Positions 43,401 to 59,841 are shown, numbered from the stretch's first letter. The stretch is 64,000 bases of DNA from Eledone cirrhosa (GCA_964016885.1 OZ024745.1:82584001-82648000); one strand, 5' to 3'. The notes: a model not told the origin generated them from the sequence alone. Numbers and translations are program-made.

Positions 43401-43767
43401 GCATTACAGAGGAAAATGTAATCTTACATAACCCCTTTATCACGATTACAGTGGACAATGTAGTCTTACATAACCCCTTTACCACCATTACAGTGGACAA
43501 TGTAGTCTTACATAACCCCTTTACCACCATTACAGTGGACAATGTAGCCTTACATAACCTCCTTACCACCATTACAGTGGGTAATGTAGTTTTACATAAC
43601 CCCTTTACCACCATTTCAGTGGGTAATGTAGCGTTACATAACCCCTTTACCACCATTACAGTGGACAATGTAGTCTTACATAACCTGTTTACCACCATTA
43701 CAGTAGACAGTGTAGTCTTACATAACCCCTTTAGCACCATTACAGTGGACAATGTAGTCTTACATAA
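34495..43767. repeat. Tandem duplication, unit 4620 bp (exactly 110 monomers): 34495-39147 / 39115-43767
   Basis: ORFs recur at +4620 (36127/40747, 36610/41230, 37618/42238, 37991/42611). Rare variants ACATGTGAC, AGTGCA and CCCTAT are shared. A few differences were seen (36749/41369, 38279/42899, 38289/42909). Confidence 0.93.
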
Positions 43768-46700
43768 ACCCTTTTACCACCATTACAGTGGACAATGTAG
43801 TCTTACATAACCCCTTTACCACCATTACACTGGACAATGTAGTCTTACATAACCCCTTTATCACCATTACAGTGGACAATGTAGCCTTACATAACCCCTT
43901 TACCATCATTACAGTGGGTAATGTAGTCTTACATAACCCCTTTATCACCATTACAGTGGACAATGTAGTCTTACATAACCCCTCTACCACCATTACAGTG
44001 GGTAATGTAGTCTTACATAACCCCTTTACTACCATTACAGTGGAAAATGTAATCTTACATAACCCCTTCATCACGATTACAGTGGACAATGTAGCCTTAT
44101 ATAACCCCTTTACCACTATTACAGTGGACAATGTAGTCTTACATAACCCCTTTACCACCATTACAGTGGACAGTGTAGTCTTACATAACCCCTTTACCAC
44201 CATTACAGTGGACAATGTAGTCTTACATATCCTCATTACCACCATTGCAGTAGACAATGTAGTCTTACATAACCCCTTTATCACCATTACAGTGGACAGT
44301 GTAGTCTTACATAACCCCTTTTACCACCATTACAGTGGACAATGTAGTCTTATATAACCCCTTTACCACCATTACAGTGGACAATGTAGTCTTACATAAC
44401 CCCTCTATCACCATTACAGTGGACAATGTAGCCTTACATAACCCATTTACCACCATTACAGTTGACAATGTAGTCTTACATAACCCCTTTACCACCATTA
44501 CAGTGGACAATGTAGTTTTACATAACACCTTTACCACCATTAGAGTGGACAATGTAGTCTTACATAACCCCTTTACCACCATTACAGTGGACAATTTTGT
44601 CTTACATAAACCCTTTACCACCATTACAGTGGACAGTGTAGCCTTACATAACCCCTTTTCCACCATTAGAGTGGACAATGTAGTCTTAATTAACCACTTT
44701 ATCACCATTACAGTGGACAATGTAGTCTTACATAACCCCTTTACCACCATTACAGTGGACAATGTAGTCTTACATAACCCCTTTACCACCATTACAGTGG
44801 ACAATGTAGTCTTACATAACCCCTTTACCACCATTACAGTGGACAATGAAGTCTTACATAACCCCTTTACCACCATTACAGTGGACAATGTAGTCTTACA
44901 TAACCCCTTTATCGCCATTACGGTGGACAATGTAGTTTTACATAACCCCTTTACCACCATTACAGTGGACAATGTAGTCTTACATAACCCCTTTACCACC
45001 ATTACAGTGGACAATGTAGTCTTACATAACCCCTTTACCACCAATACAGTGGACAATTTTGTCTTACATAACCCTTTTACCACCATTACAGTGGACAGTG
45101 TAGCCTTACATAACCCCTTTACCACCATTACAGTGGACAGTGTAGCCTTACATAACCCCTTTACCACCATTACAGTGGACAATGTAGTCTTACATAACCC
45201 CTTTACCACCATTACAGTGGACAATGTAGTCTTACATAACCCCTTTACCACCATTACAGTGGACAATGTAGTCTTACATAACCCCTTTACCACCATTACA
45301 GTGGACAATGTAGTCTTACATAACACCTCTATCGCCATTACGGTGGACAATGTAGTCTTACATAACCCCTTTACCACCATTACAGTGGACAATGTAGTCT
45401 TACATAACCCCTTTACCACCAATACAGTGGACAATTTTGTCTTACATAACCCTTTTACCACCATTACAGTGGACAGTGTAGCCTTACATAACCCCTTTAC
45501 CACCATTACAGTGGACAGTGTAGCCTTACATAACCCCTTTACCACCATTACAGTGGACAATGTAGTCTTACATAACCCCTTTACCACCATTACAGTGGAC
45601 AATCTTGTCTCACATAACCCCTTTACAACCATTACAGTAGACAATGTAGCCTTACATAACCCCTTTACAACCATTACAGTGGACAGTGTAGCCTTACATA
45701 ACCCCTCTACCACCATTACAGTGGACAATGTCGTCTTACATAACCCCTTTACCACCATTACAGTTGAAAATGTAATCTTACATAACCCCTTTAGCACCAT
45801 TTCAGTGGACAGTGTAGCCTTACATAATCCCTTTACCACCATTAAAGTGGACAATGTAGTCTTACATAACCCCTTAACCACCATTACAATGGACAATTTT
45901 GTCTTACATAACCCCTTTACCACCATTACAGTGGACAGTGTAGCCTTACATAACCCCTTTACCACCATTACAGTTGACATTGTAGTCTTACATAACCCCG
46001 TTACCACCATTACAGTGGACAATGTAGTCTTACATAACCCCTTTACCACCATTACAGTGGACAATGTAGTCTTACATAACCCCTTTACCACCATTACAGT
46101 GGACAATGTAGTCTTACATAACACCTGTATCACCATTACAGTGGACAATGTAGTCTTACATAACCCCTTTACCACCCTTACAGTGGACAATGCAGTCTTA
46201 CATAACCCCTTTACCACCATTACACTGGACAATGTAGTCTTACATAACCCCTTTACCACCATTACAGTGGACAATGTAGTCTTACATAACCGCTTTACCA
46301 CCATTACAGTGGACAGTGTAGCCTTACATAACCCCTTTACCACCATTACAGTGGACAGTGTAGCCTTACATAACCCCTTTACCACCATTACAGTGGACAA
46401 TGTAGTCTTACATAACCCCTTTACCACCATTACAGTGGACAATGTAGTCTTATATAACCCCTTTACCACCATTATAGTGGACAATGTAGTCTTACATAAC
46501 CCCTTTACCACCATTACAGTGGACAATGTAGTCCTACATAACCCCTTTACCACCATTACAGTGGACAATGTAGCCTTACATAACCCCTTTACCACCATTA
46601 CAGTGGACAATGTAGTCTTACATAACCCCTTTACCACCATTACAGTGGACAGTGTAGCCTTACATAACCCCTTTACCACCATTACAGTGGAAAGTGTAGC

Positions 46701-46979
46701 CTTACATAACCCCTTTACCACCATTACAGTGGACAATTTTGTCTTACATAACCCCTTTACAACCATTACAGTAGACAATGTAGCCTTACATAACCCCTTT
46801 ACAACCATTACAGTGGACATTGTAGCCTTACATAACCCCTTTACCACCATTACAGTGGACCATGTAGTCTTACATAACACCTTTACCACCATTACAGTGG
46901 ACAATGTAGCCTTACATAACCCCTTTACCACCATTACAGTGGACAGTGTAGCCTTACACAACCCCTTTACCACCATTAC

Positions 46980-49900
46980 AGTGGACAATGTAGTCTTACA
47001 TACCCCCTGTATCACCATTATAGTGGGTAATGTATTCTTACATACCCACTGTACCACCATTACAGTGGGTAATGTAGTCTTACATAACCCCTTTACAACC
47101 ATTACAGTGGATAATGTAGTCTTACATAACCCCTTTACCGCCATTACAGTGTGTAATGTAGTCTTACATAACCCCTTTACCACCATTACAGTAGGTAATG
47201 TAGCCTTACATAACCCCTTTACCACCATTACAGTGGGCAATGTAGTCTTACATAACCCCTTTACCACCATTACAGTGGACAATGTAGTCTTACATAGCCC
47301 CTTTACCACCATTAGAGTGGGTAATGTAGCATTACATAACCCATTTACCACCATTACAGTGGGTAATGTAGTCTTACATAACCCCTTTACCACCATTACA
47401 GTAGACAATGTAGTCTTACATAAACCCTTTACCACCATTACAGTGGACAATGTAGTCTTACATAACCCCTTTAGCACTATTACAGTGGGTAATGAAGTCT
47501 TACATAACCCCTTTACCACCATTACAGTGGACAATGTAGTCTTATATAACCCCTTTACCACTATTACAGTGGGTAATGTAGTCTTATATAACCCCTTTAC
47601 CACCATTACAGTGGGCAATGTAGTCTTACATAACCCCATTACCACCATTACAGTGGATAATGTAGTCTTACATAGCCCCTTTACCACCATTAGAGTGGGT
47701 AATGTAGCATTACATAACCCATTTACCACCGTTACAGTGGACAATGTAGTCTTACATAACCTCTTTACCACCATTACAATGGACAATGTAGTCTTACATA
47801 ACCCATTTTACCACCATTATAGTGGACAATGTAGTCTTACATAAACCCTTTACCACCATTACAGTGAACAATGTAGTCTTACATAACCTCTTTACCAGCA
47901 TTACAGTTGACAATGTAGTCTTACATAATCCCTTTACCACCATTACAGTGGACAATGTTGTCTTACATAACCCCTTTACCACCATTACAGTGGACAATGC
48001 AGTCTTACATAACCCCTTTACGACCATTACAGTGGACAATGTAGTCTTATATAACCCCTTTACCACCATTACAGTGGACACTGCAGTCTTACATAACCCC
48101 TTTACCTCCATTACAGTGGACAATGTAGTCTTACATAACCCTTTTACCACCATTACAGTGGACAATGCAGTCTTACATAACCCCTTTACGACCATTACAG
48201 TGGACAATGTAGTCTTACATAACCCCTTTACCACCATTACAGTAGACAGTGTAGCCTTACATAAACCCTTTATCACGATTACAGTGGACAATGTAGTCTT
48301 ACATACCCCTTTACCACCATTACAGTGGACAATATGGTCTTACGTAACCCCTTTACCACCATTACAGTGGACAATGTAGTCTTACATAACCCCTTTACCA
48401 CCATTACAGTGGACAATGTAGTCTTACATAACCCCTTTACAACCATTACAGTGGACAGCGTTGTCTTACGTAACCCCTTTAGCACCATTACAGTGGACAA
48501 TGTAGTCTTACATAACCCCTTTACCACCATTACAGTGGACAATGTAGCCTTAGATAACCCCTTTACCACCATTACAGTGGGTTATGTAGTCTTACATAAC
48601 CCCTTTACCACCATTACACTGGACAATGTAGTCTTACATAACCCCTTTACAACCATTACAGTGGACAGTGTTGTCTTACGTAACCCCTTTACCACCATTA
48701 CAGTGGACAATGTAGTCTTACATAACCCCTTTACCACCATTACAGTGGACAATGTAGCCTTACATAACCCCTTTACCACCATTACAGTGGGTTATGTAGT
48801 CTTACATAACCCCTTTACCGCTATTACAGTGGACAACGTTGTCTTACGTAACCCCTTTACCACCATTACAGTGGACAATGTAGCCTTACATAACCCCTTT
48901 ACCACCATTACAGTAGACAATGTAGACTTACATAACCTCTTTACCACCATTACAGTGGACAATGTAGTCTTACATAACCCTTTTATCACCATTACAGTAG
49001 ACAGTGTAGCCTTACATAACCCCTTTACCACCATTACAGTGGGTAATGTAGCCTTACATAACCTCTTTACCACCATTTCAGTGGGTAATGTAGCCTAACA
49101 TAACCCCTGTACCAACATTACAGTGGGTTATGTAGCCTTACATAACCGCTTTACCACCATTACAGTGGGTTATGTTGTCTTACATAACCCCTTTACCACC
49201 ATTACAGTGGGCAATGTAGCCTTACATAACCCCATTGCCACCATTACAGTGGACAATGTAGTCTTACATAACCCCTTTACCTCCATTACAGTGGACAATG
49301 TAGTCTTACATACACTGTTTACCACCATTACAGTAGACAATGTAGTCTTACATAACCCCTTTACCACCATTACAGTGGACAATGTAGTCTTACATAACCC
49401 CTTTTACCACCACTACAGTGGACAATGTAGTCTTACATAACCCCTTTACCACCATTACAGTGGACAATGTAGCCATACATAACCCCTTTACCATCATTAC
49501 AGTGGACAATGTAGTCTTACATAACCCCTTTACCACCATTACAGTGGACAATGTAGTCTTACATAACCTCTTTACCACCATTACAGTAGACAATGTAGTC
49601 TTACATAACCCCTTTACCACCATTACAGTGGAAAATGTAGTCTTACATAACCCCTTTATCACGATTACAGTGGACAATGTAGCCTTACATAACCCCTTTA
49701 CCACCATTACAGTGGACAATGTAGTCTTACATAACCCCTTTATCACCATTACAGTGGACAATGTAGCCTTACATAACCCCTTTAACACCAGTACAGTGGA
49801 CAACGTAGTCTTACATAACCCCTTTACCATCATTACAGTGGACAATATAGTCTTACATAAGCCCTTTACCAACATTACAGTGGGTAATGTAGTCTTACAT

Positions 49901-51200
49901 AACCCCTTTACCACCATTACAGTGGATGGTGTAGCTTACATAACCCCTTTGCCACCATTACAGTGGACAATGTAGTCTTACATAACCCCTTTACCACCAT
50001 TACAGTGGACAATGTAGTCTTACATAACCTCTTTACCACCATTACAGTAGACAATGTAGTCTTACATAACCCCTTTATCACCATTACAGTGGGTTATGTA
50101 GTCTTACATAAACCCTTTACCACCATTACAGTGGACAATGTAGCCTTACATAACCCCTTTACCATCATTACAGTGGACAATGTAGTCTTACATAAGCCCT
50201 TTACCACCATTACAGTGGACAATGTAGCCTTACATAACCCCTTTACCACCATTACAGTGGACAATGTAGTCTTACATAACCCCTATACCACCATTACAGT
50301 GGACAATGTAGTCTTACATAACCCCTTTACCACCATTAAAGTGGACAATGTAGTCTTACATAACCCATTTACCACCATTTCAGTGGACAATGTAGTATTA
50401 CATAACCCCTTTACCACCATTACAGTGGAGAGTGTAGCCTTACATAACCCCTTTACCACCATTACAATAGACAATGTAGCCTTACATAACCCCTTTACCA
50501 CCATTACAGTGGACAGTGGTGTCTGGCATAACCCCTTTACCACCATTACAGTGGACAGTGGTGTCTGACATAACCCCTTTACCACCATTACAGTGGACAA
50601 TGTAGTCTTACATAATCCCTTTACAACCATTACAGTGGATAGTGTTGTCTTACATAACCCCTTTACCACCATTACAGTGGACAATGTAGTCTTACATAAC
50701 CCCTTTACCACCATTACGGTGGACAATGTAGCCTTACATAACCCCTTTACCACCATTACAGTGGGTTATGTAGTCTTACATAACCCATTTACCGCCATTA
50801 CAGTGGACAATGTAACCTTACATAACCCCTTTACCACCATTACAGTGGGTTATGTAGTCTTACATAACCGCTTTACCACCATTACAGTAGACAATGTAGT
50901 CTTACATAACCTCTTTACCACCATTACAGTTGACAATGTTGTCTTACATAACCCCTTTACCACCATTACAGTGTACAATGTAGTCTTACATAACCCCTTT
51001 ACAACCATTACAGTTGACAATGTAGTCTTACATAACCCCTTTACCACCATTACAGTGGAAATGTAGTCTTACATAACCCCTTTACCACCATTACAATGGA
51101 CAATGTAGTCTTACATAACCTCTTTATCACCATTACAATGGACAATGTAGTCTTACATAACCCCTTTACCACCATTACAATGGACAATGTAGTTTTTACA
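46980..51200. repeat. Diverged sub-domain of the array, rich in private variants and indels
   Basis: Variants not noticed elsewhere (ACCCACTGT, GTGTGT, GATGGT, GTCTGG, AATATG, TTAGAT). Several 1-bp indels (~47806, 48305, 49402, 49936, 51060, 51193). Only short local duplications (168, 210, 378 bp). Confidence 0.75.
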
Positions 51201-54200
51201 TAACCCCTTTACCAGCATTACAGTGGAAAATGTAATCTTACATAACCCCTTTATCACAATTACAGTGGACAATGTAGTCTTACATAACCCATTTACCACC
51301 ATTACAGTGGACAATGTAGTCTTACATAACCCCTTTACCACCATTACAGTGGACAATGTAGCCTTACATAACCTCCTTACCACCATTACAGTGGGTAATG
51401 TAGTCTTACATAACCCCTTTACCACCATTACAGTGGACAATGTAGTCTTACATAACCCTTTTATCACCATTACAGTAGACAATGTAGCCTTACATAACCA
51501 CTTTACCACCATTACAGTGGGTAATGTAGCCTTACATAACCCCTTTACCACCATTACAGTGGACAATGTAGTCTTACATAACCCCTTTACCACCATTACA
51601 GTTGACAATGTAGCCTTACATAACCTCCTTACCACCATTACAGTGGGTAATGTAGTCTTACATAACCCCTTTACCACCATTTCAGTGGGTAATGTAGCCT
51701 TACATAACCCCTTTACCACCATTACAGTGGACAATGTAGTCTTACATAACCCCTTTACCACCATTACAGTGGACAATGTAGTCTTACATAACCTGTTTAC
51801 CACCATTACAGTAGACAATGTAGTCTTACATAACCCCTTTAGCACCATTACAGTGGACAATGTAGTCTTACATAACCCCTTTTACCACCATTACAGTGGA
51901 CAATGTAGTCTTACATAACCCCTTTACCACCATTACACTGGACAATGTAGTCTTACATAACCCCTTTATCACCATTACAGTGGACAATGTAGCCTTACAT
52001 AACCCCTTTACCATAATTACAGTGGGTAATGCAGTCTTACATAACCCCTTTACTACCATTACAGTGGAAAATGTAATCTTACATAACCCCTTCATCACGA
52101 TTACAGTGGAGAATGTAGCCTTACATAACCCCTTTACCACTATTAAAGTGAACAATGTAGTCTTACATAACCCCTTTACCACCATTACAGTGGACAATTT
52201 TGTCTTACATAACCCCTTTACAACCATTACAGTAGACAATGTAGCCTTACATAACCCCTTTACAACCATTACAGTGGACAGTGTAGCCTTACATAACCCC
52301 TTTACCACCATTACAGTGGACAATGTAGTCTTACATAACCCCTTTACCACCATTACAGTGTACAATGTAGCCTTACATAACCCCTTTACCACCATTAGAG
52401 TTTACAATGTAGTCTTACATAACCCCTTTACCATCATTACAGTTGACAATGTAATCTTACATAACCCCTTTACCACCATTACAGTGGAGAGTGTAGCCTT
52501 ACATAACCCCTTTACCACCATTACAGTGGAAAATGTAGTCTTACATAAGCCCTCTACCACCATTACAGTGGGTAATGTAGTCTTACATAACCCCTTTACC
52601 ACCATTAAAGTGGACAATGTAGTCTTACATAACCCCTTAACCACCATTACAGTGGACAATTTTGTCTTACATAACCCCTTTACCACCATTACAGTGGACA
52701 GTGTAGCCTTACATAACCCCTTTACCACCATTACATTGGACAATGTAGCCTTACATAACCCCTTTACCACCATTACAGTGGACAATGTAGTCTTACATAA
52801 CCCCTTTACCACCATTAAAGTGGACAATGTAGTCTTACATAACCCCTTTACCACCATTACAGTGGACAATTTAGTCTTACATAACCCCTTTACCACCATT
52901 ACAGTGGACAATGTAGTCTTACATAACTCCTTTACCACCATTACAGTGGAAAATGTAGTCTTACATAACCCCTTTACCACCATTACAGTGGACAATGTAG
53001 CCTTACATAACCCCTTTACCACCATTACAGTGGACAATGTAGTCTTACATAATCCCTTTACCACCATTACAGTGGACAATTTTGTCTTACATAGCCCCTT
53101 TACCACCATTACAGTGGACAGTGTAGCCTTACATAACCCCTTTACCACCATTACAGTGGACAGTGTAGCCTTACATAACCCCTTTACCACCATTACAGTG
53201 GACAATGTAGTCTTACATAACCCCTTTACCACCATTACAGTGCACAATGTAGTCTTACATAACCCCTTTACCACCATTACAGTGGACAATGTAGTCTTAC
53301 ATAACCCCTTTACCACCATTACAGTGCACAATGTACTCTTACATAACCCCTTTACCACCGTTACAGTGGACAATGTAGTCTTACATAACCCCTTTACCAC
53401 CATTACAATGGACAATGTAGTCTTACATAACCCCTTTACCACCATTACAATGGACAATGTAGTTTTTACATAACCCTTTTATCACCATTACAGTAGACAA
53501 TGTAGCCTTACATAACCACTTTACCACCATTACAGTGGGTAATGTAGCCTTACATAACCTCTTTACCACCATTTCAGTGGGTAATGTAGCCTTACATAAC
53601 CCCTTTACCACCATTACAGAGGACAATGTAGTCTTACATAACCCCTTTGCCACCATTACAGTGGACAATGTAGTCTTACATAACCCCTTTACCACCATTA
53701 CAGTGGACATTGTAGTCTTACATAGCCCCTTTACCACCATTACAGTGGACAATGTAGTCTTACATAACACATTTACCACCATTACAGTGGACAATGTAGC
53801 CTTACATAACCCCTTTACCACCGTTACAGTGGACAATGTAGTCTTACATAACCCCTTTACCTCCATTATAGTGGACAATTTTGTCTTACATAACCCCTTT
53901 ACCACCATTACAGTGGACAGTGTAGCCTTACATAACCCCTTTACCACCATTACAGTGGACAGTGTAGGCTTACATAACCCCATTACGACCATTACAGTGG
54001 ACAATGTAGTCTTACATAACCCCTTTACCACCATTACAGTGGACAATGTAGCCTTACATAACCTCTTTACCACCATTACAGTGGACAGTGTAGCCTTACA
54101 TAACCCCTTTACCACCATTACAGTGGACAATGTAGTCTTACATAACCACTTTACCACCATTACAGTTGACAATGTAGTCTTACATAACCCCTTTACCACC

Positions 54201-54345
54201 ATTACAGTTGACAATGTAATCTTACATAACCCCTTTACCACTATTACAGTGGACAGTGTAGCCTTACATAACCCCTTTACCACCATTACAGTTGACAATG
54301 TAGTCTTACATAACCCCTTTACCACCATTACAGTTGACAACGTAA

Positions 54346-57300
54346 TCTTACATAACCCCTTTACCACCATTACAGTGGACAGTGTAGCCTTACATAACCC
54401 CTCTACCACCATTACAGTGGGTAATGTAGTCTTACATAACACCTTTACCACCATTACAGTGGACAATGTAGTCTTACATAACCCCTTTACCACCATTACA
54501 GTGGACAATGTAGTCTTACATAACCTGTTTACCACCATTACAGTAGACAATGTAGTCTTACATAACCCCTTTAGCACCATTACAGTGGACAATGTAGTCT
54601 TACATAACCCCTTTACCACCATTACACTGGACAATGTAGTCTTACATAACCCCTTTATCACCATTACAGTGCACAATGTAGCCTTACATAACCCCTTTAC
54701 CATAATTACATTGGGTAATGCAGTCTTACATAACCCCTTTACTACCATTACAGTGGAAAATGTAATCTTACATAACCCCTTCATCACGATTACAGTGGAC
54801 AATGTAGCCTTACATAACCCCTTTACCACTATTACAGTGGACAATGTAGTCTTACATAACCCCTTTACCACCATTACAGTGGACAATTTTGTCTTACATA
54901 ACCCCTTTACAACCATTACAGTAGACAATGTAGCCTTACATAACCCCTTTACAACCATTACAGTGGACAGTGTAGCCTTACATAACCCCTTTACCACCAT
55001 TACAGTGGACAATGTAGTCTTACATAACCCCTTTACCACCATTACAGTGTACAATGTAGCCTTACATAACCCCTTTACCACCATTAGAGTTTACAATGTA
55101 GTCTTACATAACCCCTTTACCATCATTACAGTTGACAATGTAATCTTACATAACCCCTTTACCACCATTACAGTTGACAATGTAGTCTTACATAACCCCT
55201 TTACCACCATTACAGTGTACAATGTAGCCTTACATAACCCCTTTACCACCATTAGAGTTTACAATGTAGTCTTACATAACCCCTTTACCACCATTACAGT
55301 GGACAATGTAGTCTTACATAACCACTTTACCACCATTACAGTTGACAATGTAGTCTTACATAACCCCTTTACCACCATTACAGTTGACAATGTAATCTTA
55401 CATAACCCCTTTACCACTATTACAGTGGACAGTGTAGCCTTACATAACCCCTTTACCACCATTACAGTTGACAATGTAGTCTTACATAACCCCTTTACCA
55501 CCATTACAGTTGACAACGTAATCTTACATAACCCCTTTACCACCATTACAGTGGACAGTGTAGCCTTACATAACCCCTCTACCACCATTACAGTGGGTAA
55601 TGTAGTCTTACATAACCCCTTTACCACCATTACAGTGGACAATGTAGTCTTACATAACCCCTTTACCACCATTACAGTGGACAATGTAGTCTTACATAAC
55701 CTGTTTACCACCATTACAGTAGACAATGTAGTCTTACATAACCCCTTTAGCACCATTACAGTGGACAATGTAGTCTTACATAACGCCTTTACCACCATTA
55801 CACTGGACAATGTAGTCTTACATAACCCCTTTATCACCATTACAGTGGACAATGTAGCCTTACATAACCCCTTTACCATAATTACATTGGGTAATGCAGT
55901 CTTACATAACCCCTTTACTACCATTACAGTGGAAAATGTAATCTTACATAACCCCTTCATCACGATTACAGTGGACAATGTAGCCTTACATAACCCCTTT
56001 ACCACTATTACAGTGGACAATGTAGTCTTACATAACCCCTTTACCACCATTCCAGTGGACAATTTTGTCTTACATAACCCCTTTACAACCATTACAGTAG
56101 ACAATGTAGCCTTACATAACCCCTTTACAACCATTACAGTGGACAGTGTAGCCTTACATAACCCCTTTACCACCATTACAGTGGACAATGTAGTCTTACA
56201 TAACCCCTTTACCACCATTACAGTGTACAATGTAGCCTTACATAACCCCTTTACCACCATTAGAGTTTACAATGTAGTCTTACATAACCCCTTTACCATC
56301 ATTACAGTTGACAATGTAATCTTACATAACCCCTTTACCACCATTACAGTGGACAGTGTAGCCTTACATAACCCCTTTACCACCATTACAGTGGAAAATG
56401 TAGTCTTACATAACCCCTCTACCACCATTACAGTGGGTAATGTAGTCTTACATAACCCCTTTACCACCATTAAAGTGGACAATGTAGTCTTACATAACCC
56501 CTTAACCACCATTACAGTGGACAGTGTAGCCTTACATAACCCCTTTACCACCATTACATTGGACAATGTAGCCTTACATAACCCCTTTACCACCATTACA
56601 GTGGACAATGTAGTCTTACATAACCCCTTTACCACCATTAAAGTGGACAATGTAGTCTTACATAACCCCTTTACCACCATTACAGTGGACAATTTAGTCT
56701 TACATAACCCCTTTACCACCATTACAGTGGACAATGTAGTCTTACATAACTCCTTTACCACCATTACAGTGGAAAATGTAGTCTTACATAACCCCTTTAC
56801 CACCATTACAGTGGACAATGTAGCCTTACATAACCCCTTTACCACCATTACAGTGGACAATGTAGTCTTACATAATCCCTTTACCACCATTACAGTGGAC
56901 AATTTTGTCTTACATAGCCCCTTTACCACCATTACAGTGGACAGTGTAGCCTTACATAACCCCTTTACCACCATTACAGTGGACAGTGTAGCCTTACATA
57001 ACCCCTTTACCACCATTACAGTGGACAATGTAGTCTTACATAACCCCTTTACCACCATTACAGTGCACAATGTAGTCTTACATAACCCCTTTACCACCAT
57101 TACAGTGGACAGTGTAGCCTTACATAACCCCTCTACCACCATTACAGTGGGTAATGTAGTCTTACATAACCCCTTTACCACCATTACAGTGGACAATGTA
57201 GTCTTACATAACCCCTTTACCACCATTACAGTGGACAATGTAGTCTTACATAACCTGTTTACCACCATTACAGTAGACAATGTAGTCTTACATAACCCCT

Positions 57301-59841
57301 TTAGCACCATTACAGTGGACAATGTAGTCTTACATAACCCCTTTACCACCATTACACTGGACAATGTAGTCTTACATAACCCCTTTATCACCATTACAGT
57401 GCACAATGTAGCCTTACATAACCCCTTTACCATAATTACATTGGGTAATGCAGTCTTACATAACCCCTTTACTACCATTACAGTGGAAAATGTAATCTTA
57501 CATAACCCCTTCATCACGATTACAGTGGACAATGTAGCCTTACATAACCCCTTTACCACTATTACAGTGGACAATGTAGTCTTACATAACCCCTTTACCA
57601 CCATTACAGTGGACAATTTTGTCTTACATAACCCCTTTACAACCATTACAGTAGACAATGTAGCCTTACATAACCCCTTTACAACCATTACAGTGGACAG
57701 TGTAGCCTTACATAACCCCTTTACCACCATTACAGTGGACAATGTAGTCTTACATAACCCCTTTACCACCATTACAGTGTACAATGTAGCCTTACATAAC
57801 CCCTTTACCACCATTAGAGTTTACAATGTAGTCTTACATAACCCCTTTACCATCATTACAGTTGACAATGTAATCTTACATAACCCCTTTACCACCATTA
57901 CAGTTGACAATGTAGTCTTACATAACCCCTTTACCACCATTACAGTGTACAATGTAGCCTTACATAACCCCTTTACCACCATTAGAGTTTACAATGTAGT
58001 CTTACATAACCCCTTTACCACCATTACAGTGGACAATGTAGTCTTACATAACCACTTTACCACCATTACAGTTGACAATGTAGTCTTACATAACCCCTTT
58101 ACCACCATTACAGTTGACAATGTAATCTTACATAACCCCTTTACCACTATTACAGTGGACAGTGTAGCCTTACATAACCCCTTTACCACCATTACAGTTG
58201 ACAATGTAGTCTTACATAACCCCTTTACCACCATTACAGTTGACAACGTAATCTTACATAACCCCTTTACCACCATTACAGTGGACAGTGTAGCCTTACA
58301 TAACCCCTCTACCACCATTACAGTGGGTAATGTAGTCTTACATAACCCCTTTACCACCATTACAGTGGACAATGTAGTCTTACATAACCCCTTTACCACC
58401 ATTACAGTGGACAATGTAGTCTTACATAACCTGTTTACCACCATTACAGTAGACAATGTAGTCTTACATAACCCCTTTAGCACCATTACAGTGGACAATG
58501 TAGTCTTACATAACGCCTTTACCACCATTACACTGGACAATGTAGTCTTACATAACCCCTTTATCACCATTACAGTGGACAATGTAGCCTTACATAACCC
58601 CTTTACCATAATTACATTGGGTAATGCAGTCTTACATAACCCCTTTACTACCATTACAGTGGAAAATGTAATCTTACATAACCCCTTCATCACGATTACA
58701 GTGGACAATGTAGCCTTACATAACCCCTTTACCACTATTACAGTGGACAATGTAGTCTTACATAACCCCTTTACCACCATTCCAGTGGACAATTTTGTCT
58801 TACATAACCCCTTTACAACCATTACAGTAGACAATGTAGCCTTACATAACCCCTTTACAACCATTACAGTGGACAGTGTAGCCTTACATAACCCCTTTAC
58901 CACCATTACAGTGGACAATGTAGTCTTACATAACCCCTTTACCACCATTACAGTGTACAATGTAGCCTTACATAACCCCTTTACCACCATTAGAGTTTAC
59001 AATGTAGTCTTACATAACCCCTTTACCATCATTACAGTTGACAATGTAATCTTACATAACCCCTTTACCACCATTACAGTGGACAGTGTAGCCTTACATA
59101 ACCCCTTTACCACCATTACAGTGGAAAATGTAGTCTTACATAACCCCTCTACCACCATTACAGTGGGTAATGTAGTCTTACATAACCCCTTTACCACCAT
59201 TAAAGTGGACAATGTAGTCTTACATAACCCCTTAACCACCATTACAGTGGACAGTGTAGCCTTACATAACCCCTTTACCACCATTACATTGGACAATGTA
59301 GCCTTACATAACCCCTTTACCACCATTACAGTGGACAATGTAGTCTTACATAACCCCTTTACCACCATTAAAGTGGACAATGTAGTCTTACATAACCCCT
59401 TTACCACCATTACAGTGGACAATTTAGTCTTACATAACCCCTTTACCACCATTACAGTGGACAATGTAGTCTTACATAACTCCTTTACCACCATTACAGT
59501 GGAAAATGTAGTCTTACATAACCCCTTTACCACCATTACAGTGGACAATGTAGCCTTACATAACCCCTTTACCACCATTACAGTGGACAATGTAGTCTTA
59601 CATAATCCCTTTACCACCATTACAGTGGACAATTTTGTCTTACATAGCCCCTTTACCACCATTACAGTGGACAGTGTAGCCTTACATAACCCCTTTACCA
59701 CCATTACAGTGGACAGTGTAGCCTTACATAACCCCTTTACCACCATTACAGTGGACAATGTAGTCTTACATAACCCCTTTACCACCATTACAGTGCACAA
59801 TGTAGTCTTACATAACCCCTTTACCACCATTACAGTGGACA
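54346..59841. repeat. Tandem duplication, unit 2730 bp (exactly 65 monomers): 54346-57111 / 57076-59841, with an internal 1176-bp (28-monomer) sub-repeat
   Basis: ORFs 55259..56260 and 57989..58990 are identical. Rare variants AACGCC (55783/58513) and ATTCCA (56050/58780) recur at +2730. One difference was seen at 54441/57171. The internal offset of 1176 comes from 55084/56260. Confidence 0.92.
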
